From Actinomycetota bacterium (GTDB lineage Bacteria; Actinomycetota; Actinomycetes; Mycobacteriales; SCTD01): 64,000 bases of DNA. The notes under the pieces were generated by a model. That model did not search any database and was not told the DNA's origin. It saw only the letters and a list, made by a program, of their open reading frames with translations. Shown here piece by piece: positions 11,960 through 21,654 of this stretch (positions are counted from its first letter, which is position 1; each line of letters opens with the position of its first letter). The stretch spans positions 11,854 to 75,853 of the forward strand of contig JBKOVB010000032.1 of assembly GCA_046723735.1 (NCBI GenBank). Direction: 5' to 3'. A program made the position numbers and the translations under genes.

Positions 11960-13306
11960 ATGACGACGATGTCTCCTGCCGTGCTCACCCCCGACGAGGT
12001 GCACGCCGCCCTGGCCGAGCATCTGCTGGTCGACGGCTTCGAGTTCGTGCTCGACCTGAAGGCGAGCACGGGCTCGTGCCTGGTCGACGCGCGGGACGGC
12101 ACCGGGTACCTGGACCTGTTCAGCTTCTTCGCGAGCAGCACCCTCGGCATGAACCACCCCGCGCTCGTCGAGGACCCCGAGTTCGCGGCCGACCTCCTGG
12201 AGGCAGCCGCCAACAAGCCCAGCAACTCCGACGTCTACTCCGTGGCGATGGCGCGGTTCGTCCAGACCTTCCACCGGGTGCTGGGCGACCCCGCGCTCCC
12301 CCACCTGTTCTTCATCGACGGGGGCACCCTGGCCGTCGAGAACGCCCTCAAGGTGGCCTTCGACTGGAAGAGCCGCTGGAACGAGGCGCACGGCATCGAC
12401 CCGGCCCTGGGGACCAAGGTGCTGCACCTGCGGGAGGCGTTCCACGGTCGCAGCGGCTACACGTTGTCCCTGACCAACACGGAGCCCGTCAAGATCGACC
12501 GGTTCCCGAAGTTCGCGTGGCCGCGGATCCCGGCGCCCTACCTGTCCGAGGACGCAGACGTCGAGGTTCGTGAGGCGGAGGCATTGGCTGCGGCGCGCGC
12601 TGCCTTCGCGCAGCACCCCCACGACATCGCCTGCTTCGTGATGGAACCGATCCAGGGCGAGGGCGGCGACCACCACTTCCGACCCGAGTTCCTGCAGGCG
12701 ATGCAGGCGCTCTGCCACCAGCACGACGCGCTGTTCGTCCTGGACGAGGTGCAGACCGGCGTCGGTCTCACAGGCACGGCCTGGGCCTACCAGCAGCTGG
12801 GGGTGCAGCCCGACGTGGTCGCGTTCGGCAAGAAGACGCAGGTCTGCGGGATCATGGCCGGCGGCCGCGTCGACGAGGTCCCGGACAACGTTTTCCACGT
12901 CTCCTCGCGTCTCAACTCCACGTGGGGAGGTTCGCTCGTGGACATGGTCCGGTGCCGTCGGGTGCTGGAGGTCGTCGAGTCCGAGGGCCTGTTCGAGCGT
13001 GCCACCGAGCTGGGCGACCACCTGCTGGGGCTGCTGCGCCGGCTGGCGGAGAAGCACGCCGTCGTGACGGGCGTCCGCGGACGTGGTCTGATGTGCGCGT
13101 TCTCCCTGCCGGACAAGGCGATGCGAGACGCCGTGCTCACCGTGCTGCGCGCCGACGAACGGGTCCTGCTGCTCGGGTGCGGCAACCGGAGCATCCGCTT
13201 CCGGCCCGCGCTCACGATCAGCGAGGCCGAGCTCGAAGCCGGGGTCGAGGCGGTGGACCGGGTTCTCACGCGCTTCGGCAGCACCGTCGTGGAGGCAGCA
13301 CCGTGA
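11960..13306 (+). CDS. lat: L-lysine 6-transaminase
   Basis: C-terminal 448 aa of ORF 8936-13306; NKPSNSD, ENALKVAFDWK, DEVQTG, FGKK and NSTWGG motifs. Confidence 0.93.
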   Translation: MTTMSPAVLTPDEVHAALAEHLLVDGFEFVLDLKASTGSCLVDARDGTGYLDLFSFFASSTLGMNHPALVEDPEFAADLLEAAANKPSNSDVYSVAMARFVQTFHRVLGDPALPHLFFIDGGTLAVENALKVAFDWKSRWNEAHGIDPALGTKVLHLREAFHGRSGYTLSLTNTEPVKIDRFPKFAWPRIPAPYLSEDADVEVREAEALAAARAAFAQHPHDIACFVMEPIQGEGGDHHFRPEFLQAMQALCHQHDALFVLDEVQTGVGLTGTAWAYQQLGVQPDVVAFGKKTQVCGIMAGGRVDEVPDNVFHVSSRLNSTWGGSLVDMVRCRRVLEVVESEGLFERATELGDHLLGLLRRLAEKHAVVTGVRGRGLMCAFSLPDKAMRDAVLTVLRADERVLLLGCGNRSIRFRPALTISEAELEAGVEAVDRVLTRFGSTVVEAAP

Positions 13307-14841
13307 TCACGTCGTACGTCGGGGGCCGAGCCCTCAAGGGCGAGGGACCCACCATCCGCTCCACCAACCCGGCCCGTCTGGACGACGTCGTCGCCGAGGT
13401 CTCGCTCGCGAGCGTCGACCAGGTGACCGACGCGTTCCGGGTTGCCAAGGAGGCGCAGCCTGCCTGGGCCGACACGCCGGCGCCGGTGCGCGGCCGCGTC
13501 ATCGCTCAGGTCGGGCGTCTCGTCGAGGCCAACAAGGAGGCGCTGGCGCAGCTCGTGACCCGTGAGGTCGGCAAGCCGCTGCCCGAGTCGCGGGGCGAGG
13601 TCCAGGAGATCGTCGACACCTGCGACTTCTTCCTCGGCGAGGGCCGGCGGCTCTACGGCCAGACCGTGCCGTCCGAGATGCGCGACAAGCAGCTGTTCAC
13701 CTTCCGGGTGCCCGTCGGGGTGGCTGGCGTGATCACGGCGGGCAACTTCCCCGTCGCCGTGCCGTCCTGGTACCTCGTGCCAGCCCTGCTCTGCGGCAAC
13801 AGCGTGGTCTGGAAGCCCGCTGACTACTCCCCGGTGCTCGGTGACGCCTTGACGCGGCTGTTCGTCGCGGGCGGTGTGCCCGCCGGAGTGCTCAACACGG
13901 TGCAGGCCGACGGGCCCACCACCTTCGACGGCCTGTCCGGGGCGCTGGAGCGCGGGCTCGTGCAGAAGGTCGGGTTCACCGGCTCCTCCGAGGTGGGCGC
14001 CCAGATCGGGGCGCTCTGCGGCCGGCACCTCCAGTCGCCCTGCCTCGAGCTGGGCGGCAAGAACCCGCTGGTGGTCATGCCGGACGCGGACGTCGACCTC
14101 GCCGTCGAGGGTGCGCTGTTCTCCGGGTTCGGCACGGCCGGGCAGCGCTGCACGTCGTTGGGCGTCGCGATCGTGCACGAGGACGTGTACGACGCGTTCC
14201 TGTCGCGTCTGGTGGAGCGGGTGTCCACCGCGGTCATCGGAGACCCCACGCAGGACGTGCTCTACGGCCCCATGCTGTCGGAGAAGTTCCTGACCGGGTT
14301 CGAGAAGTGGCTGGGCGAGATCCAGCCGCACCACCAGGTGCACGGTTCCACGGGCACGGGGCGGATCACGTCGGCGAACCCGCGGGCGGGGTTCCTCGGC
14401 GACCCGGACGCGGGGGTGTTCGCGCACCCGACGATCGTCACCGGTGTGCGTCCGGACGACGCGCTCTACCGCAACGAGACCTTCGGGCCGATCGTGCCGG
14501 TGATGCGTTTCTCGTCGTTCGACGAGGCGGTCGAGCTCGCCAACGGCCACGGCTACGGGCTCTCGTCCTCGATCTACACGACCAGCCCGACGCACGCCTT
14601 CCGCTTCCGGCAGCGGATCAGCGCCGGGATGCTCTCGGTCAACAACTCCACGTCGGGCGCCGAGGCGCACCTGCCTTTCGGCGGCAACGGCAAGAGCGGC
14701 AACGGGTCGCGGCAGAGCGGCCTGTGGGTGCTCGACCAGTTCACCCGCTGGCAGGCGATGAACTGGGACTACGCCGGCAAGCTGCAGAAGGCGCAGATGG
14801 ACGTCGAGGAGTCGACGCACGACCCCGACTTCCGGCTGTAG
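13303..14841 (+). CDS. Aldehyde dehydrogenase (possibly piperideine-6-carboxylate/aminoadipate semialdehyde dehydrogenase)
   Basis: FTGS, LELGGKNP, GQRCT, ETFGP and PFGG motifs; GTGA overlap with lat. Confidence 0.9.
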   Translation: MITSYVGGRALKGEGPTIRSTNPARLDDVVAEVSLASVDQVTDAFRVAKEAQPAWADTPAPVRGRVIAQVGRLVEANKEALAQLVTREVGKPLPESRGEVQEIVDTCDFFLGEGRRLYGQTVPSEMRDKQLFTFRVPVGVAGVITAGNFPVAVPSWYLVPALLCGNSVVWKPADYSPVLGDALTRLFVAGGVPAGVLNTVQADGPTTFDGLSGALERGLVQKVGFTGSSEVGAQIGALCGRHLQSPCLELGGKNPLVVMPDADVDLAVEGALFSGFGTAGQRCTSLGVAIVHEDVYDAFLSRLVERVSTAVIGDPTQDVLYGPMLSEKFLTGFEKWLGEIQPHHQVHGSTGTGRITSANPRAGFLGDPDAGVFAHPTIVTGVRPDDALYRNETFGPIVPVMRFSSFDEAVELANGHGYGLSSSIYTTSPTHAFRFRQRISAGMLSVNNSTSGAEAHLPFGGNGKSGNGSRQSGLWVLDQFTRWQAMNWDYAGKLQKAQMDVEESTHDPDFRL

Positions 14842-14849
14842 GGATCGCG

Positions 14850-15737
14850 GTGCGGGGACGGCTCGGCGCAGGCCTGGTCGCGCTGGTACTGGCCTCGGCC
14901 TGCGCCGCGGCGGGAAGTCACGCCAGGCCGCCGAGGGTTCCGTCGGAGGCGCCCTCCCCGTCGTACGGCACGGTGTCGCCCTCGCCGTCGCTGTCGTCGG
15001 TGCCGACGGCGTCGCCGAGCGCCACGACCGCTCCCGCGGTCTGGGTGGTGGGCGCGCACCCGCTGCCGCGACGGCCTGACGGCTTCGGCGAGGTGCTGCC
15101 GACGCCGAAGGTGCTGCGCAACCGCAGCCTGCCGACGGTCGACGTGCTGCCGCCTCCGGCGGACGGCAGGTTCCACGCGACGGTGGCGCCGATCAGCGAC
15201 GCGGTGCGAAAGCGGATGGGCGACACCTATCGGCCGGGCTGCCCGGTCCCCCTGCGGGACCTGCGTTACCTGACGCTCACCTTCCGCGGCTTCGACCGCA
15301 AGGTCCACACCGGGGAGCTCGTCGTGAACGCGTCGGTGGCACCGGGCGTCGTGCGGGCCTTCCGGGCGCTGTTCTCCCAGGGCTTCCCGCTCGAGCAGAT
15401 GCAGCTGCCCACGACCGCTGACGTGAACGCCCCGCCGACCGGCGACGGGAACGACACGGCCGGCTTCGTGTGCCGGGCGGTCCGTGGGCAGAAGGTGTTC
15501 TCGGCGCACGCGTACGGCCTCGCGATCGACCTGAACCCCTTCCAGAACCCTTACGTGAAAGGCGATCTGGTGCTGCCGGAGCTCGCCAGCGCGTACACCG
15601 ACCGGGGCTGGGTCCGGCGGGGCATGTTCGAGCCCGGCTCGTCCGCCGTACGGGCGTTCACCCGTGAGGGGTTCACCTGGGGCGGGACGTTCCGCAGCCT
15701 CAAGGACTACCAGCACATGTCGGCCACCGGCGGCTAA
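14850..15737 (+). CDS. Secreted/lipoprotein M15 family metallopeptidase (D-Ala-D-Ala carboxypeptidase-like)
   Basis: Signal peptide with LASAC, Pro/Ser linker, SAHAYGLAIDLNP and DYQH motifs. Confidence 0.85.
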   Translation: MRGRLGAGLVALVLASACAAAGSHARPPRVPSEAPSPSYGTVSPSPSLSSVPTASPSATTAPAVWVVGAHPLPRRPDGFGEVLPTPKVLRNRSLPTVDVLPPPADGRFHATVAPISDAVRKRMGDTYRPGCPVPLRDLRYLTLTFRGFDRKVHTGELVVNASVAPGVVRAFRALFSQGFPLEQMQLPTTADVNAPPTGDGNDTAGFVCRAVRGQKVFSAHAYGLAIDLNPFQNPYVKGDLVLPELASAYTDRGWVRRGMFEPGSSAVRAFTREGFTWGGTFRSLKDYQHMSATGG

Positions 15738-16092
15738 CACGCCCGGTGATCGGATAGCGCTTCCCCCGATTAGCTCGAGAAGCCCCCGGGGCGTTCTTCA
15801 TGGAGCTGGAGCGCACGTTCACCTGAGACCCCACGCTCATGTGGATGTCCTTTGTTCCCAGGGCCTCTGTGCACGGCCGGGCTTGATTCGGCGGGCTGTA
15901 TGAACCAGTGATCGAGGAAGTCGGCAGTCGAAGGAGGTGCGATGAGCGTCGAGCTGCTCCTCGGGCCGCCCTCCTAGCTGCTCGAAGACGACCTCGAGTC
16001 CCCTCCCCGAGATGCCGTGCTGTCGTGGATGCGCGAGCCGGCCCGCTGCCGGAGGACCGTCCTGCCACTGTGGCCGCTCGTGCGCTCCCCAG

Positions 16093-16269
16093 CGTGCCGA
16101 GGGCCAGGCGAATCGAGTCTCGCGTTGCTGCTCCCTTTGCCCTGTAGAGCTCGTCGGCTGTTAGGTCGTGGGTGTCCGTGACGAGGAAGCGGAGCTGGCC
16201 TGGCGGCCTGACCCGGGCGCGTTTGACTGTGTGCCCGAGCGCCGTCAGATGCGCTTCGTAGCGCATCAC
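16093..16269 (-). pseudogene. Fragment of a PD-(D/E)xK restriction-type nuclease
   Basis: GHTVKR..RPPG...TDTHDLTADELYRAKG..TRDSIRLALG resembles a TD-x-D...EAKG...IR-A-G nuclease core; catalytic E replaced by R; similarity lost after ALG; no N-terminus. Confidence 0.5.
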
Positions 16270-16275
16270 GAGTCC

Positions 16276-17193
16276 TCACGGGCGAACGCTGATGATCGTC
16301 TTCCCGTTGCGTCGCTCGGTCGGGTTCAGGGCGGCGATGGCGTCGTCGAGGGCCGCGACGTTGCCGATGTTCGTGCGTAGTCGTCCGGCCCGCACCCGCT
16401 GGACGATCTCAGTCAGTTGGCCACGACTGGACTCGACAACGAAGTCGATCGCCAGGCCGTCGGCGGGTCGCGCTTCGGGCGGACCGACGATGGTCACCAA
16501 TGTTCCTCCGGCCCGAATCAGACCTGCGGACCGCCTCTGGATGTCGCCGCCGATAGTGTCGAACACCAGGTCGACGTCGCCGACGTCTTCCAGGGCGTCG
16601 CTCTCGAGGTCGACAAACTCTTGCGCGCCGAAGTCGAGCGCCTTCTCACGGTCGGCAGCGCGGCCGGTGCCGACGACATACGCCCCAGCCTCACGCGCGA
16701 GCTGCGTCACCATCGTCCCGACTGCGCCCGCCGCGCCGTGGGCGAGGACGCTCTGGCCCGCGTGGAGGCGGCCGTGCTCGAACAGTCCCTGCCACGCGGT
16801 CAGGCCCGAGATCGGCAGGCTCGCGCCCACCGTGAAGTCGACGTCACCTGGCAGCGGCGCGAGGTTGCGCGCCTCGACGGCCACGTACTCGGCCAGCGTG
16901 CCGTCGCGATGCCAGTCGGTGAGTCCGAACACGCGCTGTCCCACCGACAGTCCCGTCGTGCCATAGCCGAGGGCGCTGACCACTCCAGCCAGCTCGTGCC
17001 CAGGGATCGACGGCGTTCGGTCACGGTCGGCGCGATCGGTCCAGGTCGAAGGCCACGCCAACTCGGTCGGGACGAATCCTGACGCGTGAACCTCAACGAT
17101 GACGTCGTTGATCGCTGCTAGCGGCTCGGGTCGCTCCCTCAGCGTCATCCCGGCCGTTCCCGCAGCCTGGTCCGTCACAACGATCCCTTTCAT
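16276..17193 (-). CDS. NADP-dependent oxidoreductase (MDR/quinone reductase family)
   Basis: PGHELAGVV, GLTAWQGL and HGAAGAVG motifs; GGAGG RBS before ATG 17193. Confidence 0.9.
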   Translation of the reverse strand: MKGIVVTDQAAGTAGMTLRERPEPLAAINDVIVEVHASGFVPTELAWPSTWTDRADRDRTPSIPGHELAGVVSALGYGTTGLSVGQRVFGLTDWHRDGTLAEYVAVEARNLAPLPGDVDFTVGASLPISGLTAWQGLFEHGRLHAGQSVLAHGAAGAVGTMVTQLAREAGAYVVGTGRAADREKALDFGAQEFVDLESDALEDVGDVDLVFDTIGGDIQRRSAGLIRAGGTLVTIVGPPEARPADGLAIDFVVESSRGQLTEIVQRVRAGRLRTNIGNVAALDDAIAALNPTERRNGKTIISVRP

Positions 17194-17538
17194 GCGGCAC
17201 CTCCCTGTGTCCAGTCTCTGACTACGCGGCATGCTCAACGAGCACCGAGACGACGTGCACCCGTGACGACGGCGGCTCGAACGTCGTGCAATCGACCTCG
17301 GGTTTGACGGCAAGATGCAGGTCCGGAGGGGCGCACCCGGATCGCCCCGGGTCGGCTCCGTGCGGGGACGAGAAGGCCGGCTGATCGAGGTCTCGCCCCG
17401 CCTGCTGCGGCTGGGTCCGCAGCCGAACGCTGCTGGGACCCGGCCGCGGCGCGCCTCTGGAGCTGCGGCGGCGGCTCAGGGGGGAGGAGCTGTCGCGCCG
17501 AACGAGGGCGTCCGCGGCCGGGCGTCTCTGGATCACCG

Positions 17539-19062
17539 TCAGGCCAGCTGCACTGCCGTGTCCGCAGTCAGCTCGGGAAAGGCGATCTCCGAGATGACAC
17601 CGGCCACGGTGCGCGAGTTCCAACGCGTGCCGGACGTGGTACGCCTGCCACGGGAGTTCAGCGCAGCGGCGATCGTGTGCAACGAGGCCCCGGTCTGCTG
17701 CAGGCCGAGGATCTCCGAGAGCGACGTATCGTCAGCGAGCGCAGCGCCCGTCACTGCGCGCTTCTGCCGCCCCCTCCGGACCTCGGCCAGCCGACGAAGG
17801 AGCTCGTCGAGGGGTTGAGCTGGGGAGTACAGGTGTCCCTGGGCATGGTCGCAGCCCAGCTTCCGCAGCGTCACGGCCTGCTCGCGGGTCTCCACACCCT
17901 CCGCTGTGGTCGTGCGCCCCAGGGTCGCGCCGAGGTTGACGACGCTCGCGACGATGGCAAGGTCGTCGGCATCGCGGGTGAGGTTGGTGACGAAACTCCT
18001 GTCGATCTTGACGGTGGTGACCGGAAGGCTCTTGAGCCGGAGCAACGACGAGTGCCCCGTGCCGAAGTCGTCCAACGCGACACGGACTCCGAGCTCGCTG
18101 AGCGCCTTGAGAGTGGCGACCGCTGTCGGCTGGTCCGCCACCACAGCCGTCTCGGTGATCTCGAGAGTGAGCTGCGCCGGTTTGATGCCTGCCCGTTCGA
18201 GCTCCTCTCGTACCAGCTCCACGATGCCGGTCTGCGACAGCTCCCGGGCGGACAGGTTCACGGAGACGAACGGCGGCCTGCCCGACGACGCCGCGGCCAG
18301 GGCCGCCGCCGCGCTGCAAGCTTCACCGACGATGCTCGGTGTCAGCTCCGAGACGAGCCCGCTGGACTCCAGCAGGTCCACGAATGTGCCAGCCGCGAGC
18401 AGTCCTTCGCGGGGGTGCTGCCAGCGCAGCAGCGACTCGTAGCCGACGGTGCGACCTGAGGTGAGCTTGACGATCGGCTGGTAGTGCAGGACCAGCTCAC
18501 CAGCGGCCACTGCCTGACGCAGCTCCGACATCCGACGCAGCGTGGCCATCGCGACGTCACGCATGCACTGGTCGAAGACCACTGTGCGATTCCCTCCTCG
18601 CTCCTTGGCGAGGTGCAGGCCGCCGTCGGCACTGGCCAGCACATCGATCGCGCTCCGGCTGGTGGCAACGGACACCTGGCCAAGACTCATCGTCAGGCGG
18701 TGCTCCTCACCCTCGACGAGGAGGGCACCGGAAACCGCCTCCCGCACGCTCCGCTCCAGCCCTGATATCGCCTCGGGGTCGGTGTGGAAGCAGAGCACCC
18801 CGAACTCGTCGCCATCGAGTCGCGCCGTGACGTCGCCGAGGTGCACCACCGCGGCCAGTCGTTCCCCCATGACCCGCAGCACCGTGTCTCCGCTGGCGTA
18901 GCCGAACGAGTCGTTGATCAGCCGGAAGTGATCGAGGTCGCCGAGGAAGAAGGTCGCGGGCCGCCCCGATGCCACGACCTCGTCCAGCACGGCCATCAGG
19001 GCCGCCCGATCCGTGAGACCGCGGACGCGTGGTTCTTCGGTGTCGTCGTCCATGCTTCTCAC
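17539..19062 (-). CDS. Degenerate GGDEF + EAL phosphodiesterase with C-terminal recombinase-like helical domain
   Basis: RLDGDEF; YQP..YESLLRW, DDFGTG, KIDRSF, AEGVET; tail GASLHTIAAALNSRGRRTTSGTRWNSRTV. Confidence 0.88.
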   Translation of the reverse strand: MRSMDDDTEEPRVRGLTDRAALMAVLDEVVASGRPATFFLGDLDHFRLINDSFGYASGDTVLRVMGERLAAVVHLGDVTARLDGDEFGVLCFHTDPEAISGLERSVREAVSGALLVEGEEHRLTMSLGQVSVATSRSAIDVLASADGGLHLAKERGGNRTVVFDQCMRDVAMATLRRMSELRQAVAAGELVLHYQPIVKLTSGRTVGYESLLRWQHPREGLLAAGTFVDLLESSGLVSELTPSIVGEACSAAAALAAASSGRPPFVSVNLSARELSQTGIVELVREELERAGIKPAQLTLEITETAVVADQPTAVATLKALSELGVRVALDDFGTGHSSLLRLKSLPVTTVKIDRSFVTNLTRDADDLAIVASVVNLGATLGRTTTAEGVETREQAVTLRKLGCDHAQGHLYSPAQPLDELLRRLAEVRRGRQKRAVTGAALADDTSLSEILGLQQTGASLHTIAAALNSRGRRTTSGTRWNSRTVAGVISEIAFPELTADTAVQLA

Positions 19063-19739
19063 GGTCCCTGCCGAACCCGTTTTGCGGCATAGACGTCCTG
19101 TACTGAGGAGCTAGACGCTCTGTCCTGAGTCTTGAACGGGTCGCCGCTGCGGCGAAGGAGCTCGACCAGCTCCTGCTGCCCGTGAACGTGCAGCTTCTTG
19201 AACACCGACGAGAGATGGTTGCGCACCGTGCTCTGGGTCAGGAACAGATCCCTGGCGATCGCCGGCACGCGGTCGCCGGTCATCAAGCGCGACACGATGT
19301 CAGCCTCGCGGGCGGTGAGGCGGGTCAGCGCGACGAGCACGGAGCCTCCACTGGTGTCGAGGTCGCGCATCGAGGTCTTTGCCGGGTCGTCCCGCGAGCC
19401 CCCAGCCCCGAGCCCTTCCACGCGGTCGCTTTGGACGTCCGGGTGGGCTGCAAGCGGGAGCAACGAGAAGGCGCTCCTGGCAGGTGGGTGCAACGGGCTG
19501 AGAAACATCCGCACGGGGAGCAGAGTCGTATCGCTGCGCTGAAGGTCGAGCTGAACCGTGACGACCCTGCCCAGCCTCACGGCCTCCGCGACCCCGCAGA
19601 GCAAGGGGGGAACGGACCGGGGGCTCACGAGGTGAACGAGGGATCGGCCGAGCAGCTGGGCCGTCGGAACCTTCAACAGCGCCGCTACCTGCTGATCGAC
19701 ACGGTCGATCAGCAGATCCGGCCCGGTCGAGCCCATCAC
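19059..19739 (-). CDS. PAS-LuxR family transcriptional regulator
   Basis: LTAREADIV...IARDLFLTQSTVRNHLSSVFKKL helix-turn-helix; PAS-like LLGRS segment. Confidence 0.85.
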   Translation of the reverse strand: MMGSTGPDLLIDRVDQQVAALLKVPTAQLLGRSLVHLVSPRSVPPLLCGVAEAVRLGRVVTVQLDLQRSDTTLLPVRMFLSPLHPPARSAFSLLPLAAHPDVQSDRVEGLGAGGSRDDPAKTSMRDLDTSGGSVLVALTRLTAREADIVSRLMTGDRVPAIARDLFLTQSTVRNHLSSVFKKLHVHGQQELVELLRRSGDPFKTQDRASSSSVQDVYAAKRVRQGP

Positions 19740-19955
19740 AGGTCGAAGAGCCGCGCTGCGCCCTGACGCGATCGGTGATCCCGAGCTGAAGGCGGTGACA
19801 AAGGGCTGGGCTGGTGACGGACCGGTGTCAACGCCCCGCCGTCTGCTGTCCCGTGACGGTCGACAAGACCGCGTCCGAACATCCTCGCCGAGCGACTCCG
19901 TGGTGCATGCCTCTCACCTTCGGCGACGGGATCGACATGACCTATAGACGCACTG

Positions 19956-20981
19956 TCACCTTGGGGTAGACGGTTTGCCCCTTCCTCGCAGGAGGTCCAG
20001 GAGCTCCTGCTGAGAGCCGACGTGCAGCTTCGCGAACACGGACGACAGGTGATTGCGCACGGTGCTCTGCGACAGGAACAGGTCCCTCGATATCGCAGGG
20101 ACCCGGTCCCCGGCGAGCAGCCGAGAGACGATGACCGACTCACGGCTCGAGAGCTTCGACAGCGAGTCGAGCTGCGCCTCGGCCACCTGCCCGCCCAACG
20201 CGTGCGAGGTCTTCAGGGCATCGATCCCATGGGCCAGGTGGGTGAGCAACTCGACGATCTCGTGGGGGGCCACGTCGTTGGACGAAGCGGCACCAGGGGC
20301 GACGGAGAACGCGCTGCCGTGCGGGTCCTGGAGCGGTGTCACGAGCAGCTGCACCGGTAGCGTTGAACCGTCCCCGCGCACCAGGTCGGCCTGCGTTGGA
20401 ACCCCTCGCCCGGTGATGCTGGCCTGCTGGAGTGCCGTCATGAGGGTGTTGACCGACGCCGGGGTGACCAGCTCGAGCATCGAGCGCCCCACCAGCTGCG
20501 CCGTCGGCAGCCCGAAAGCCGCTTCCGCGTCGGTGCAGATCCTGGTGATCACCAGATTGGGTCCCACCGCGCCCAGCGCACGCGGCTCGGACTCCTCCGT
20601 CTTGGACGGTAAGGTCAGTCGCGAGGCTGGCGAGGTGGACGCGATGATCGCCACCACGAAAGCCGGTGGTACCGCGTCGACGGCACGACGGACCCAGATC
20701 GTGATGGGCATGGGCTTGCCAGCGGCGTCGAGGACACGTGTCGTCTCCAGGCCCTGAAGCCGCCCGCTCATCAGCAGCGGCAGAGCACCTGGGCCCTCGT
20801 CAAGAGTGACCTCGTCCAACGTCTTCCCGAGGATCTCCCTGCCGCCTGCCGGTTCGAGAACCGTCATGGCTGCCGAGCTGCCCGCGACGATGCACGTCGA
20901 CGGCAGCTCGATGAGCAGAGCTGGGAGGGGGCTCTGCTCGACTGCGCTCGTGAGCCTCTCGAGGAGGCGATGAGACGACAT
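19956..20981 (-). CDS. PAS-PAS-LuxR family transcriptional regulator
   Basis: LSSRESVIV...ISRDLFLSQSTVRNHLSSVFAKL helix-turn-helix; start chosen at ATG 20981. Confidence 0.85.
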   Translation of the reverse strand: MSSHRLLERLTSAVEQSPLPALLIELPSTCIVAGSSAAMTVLEPAGGREILGKTLDEVTLDEGPGALPLLMSGRLQGLETTRVLDAAGKPMPITIWVRRAVDAVPPAFVVAIIASTSPASRLTLPSKTEESEPRALGAVGPNLVITRICTDAEAAFGLPTAQLVGRSMLELVTPASVNTLMTALQQASITGRGVPTQADLVRGDGSTLPVQLLVTPLQDPHGSAFSVAPGAASSNDVAPHEIVELLTHLAHGIDALKTSHALGGQVAEAQLDSLSKLSSRESVIVSRLLAGDRVPAISRDLFLSQSTVRNHLSSVFAKLHVGSQQELLDLLRGRGKPSTPR

Positions 20982-21192
20982 GGGCGCTCTTCGGACGCAA
21001 CGCGGGTTCATCAAGCCGTGCGGCCCAGACGCAGTATGCCATTTGCCCTGGGCGGCGACTCACGGCTGCCGGGGCCCGCTTGTAGCCCGGCCAGCAGGGG
21101 TGCCGGTCCGGGACCAGGACGTCGATCGGGCCCGTAGTTGGTGGCGGCAGCCGCGGGAATGGAGCACCCGGACGTCGTATGCCGTTAGCCCG

Positions 21193-21654
21193 TCATTCGC
21201 CGTACACGTGCGCGCGGCCCTCCCATGGGGTGCTGAGCACGACGGTCGTGCGGGTCGAGACCTGTGCCGCCGCTCGGATCGCCTGCAGCAGCACCTCGAG
21301 CTCACCCGGCCCGGGCACCCGCACCTTGAGGATGTAGCTCTCGTCGCCAGCCACGCTGTGGCACGCCTCGATCTGCGGGATGTGCTGCAACCGTTCGGGA
21401 GCGTCGTCGACGGCGGCCGGGTCGATGGGCTTGATGGACACGAACGCCGTCAGGGGGGCTCCCGCCGCGACCGGGTCCACCTGCGCGCCGTACCCGTGGA
21501 TCGCGCCGCGCTGCTCGAGTCGCCGCACCCGCTGGTGCACGGCGCTCGTCGACAGCCCGGTGTCCTTGGCGAGGTCGGTGTAAGAGCGGCGGCCGTCGGC
21601 CGCCAGCAGCCGCAGCAGGAGCCGGTCGACCGGGTCGAGCTCGGAGGTCGTCAT
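21193..21654 (-). CDS. Lrp/AsnC family regulator
   Basis: DGRRSYTDLA..TGLSTSAVHQRVRRLE and CHSVAG motifs. Confidence 0.95.
   Translation of the reverse strand: MTTSELDPVDRLLLRLLAADGRRSYTDLAKDTGLSTSAVHQRVRRLEQRGAIHGYGAQVDPVAAGAPLTAFVSIKPIDPAAVDDAPERLQHIPQIEACHSVAGDESYILKVRVPGPGELEVLLQAIRAAAQVSTRTTVVLSTPWEGRAHVYGE

Noticed and set aside
17194..17538. Possible ORFs or ncRNA between the oxidoreductase and the EAL gene
   Set aside because: No motif, codon bias or recognisable structure; may be decayed sequence.
15732..21190. GGCTAAC at the left edge and GTTAGCC at the right edge of the accessory block, resembling attC core sites
   Set aside because: They are only 7 bp and 5.4 kb apart, with no attC hairpin or integron integrase visible.
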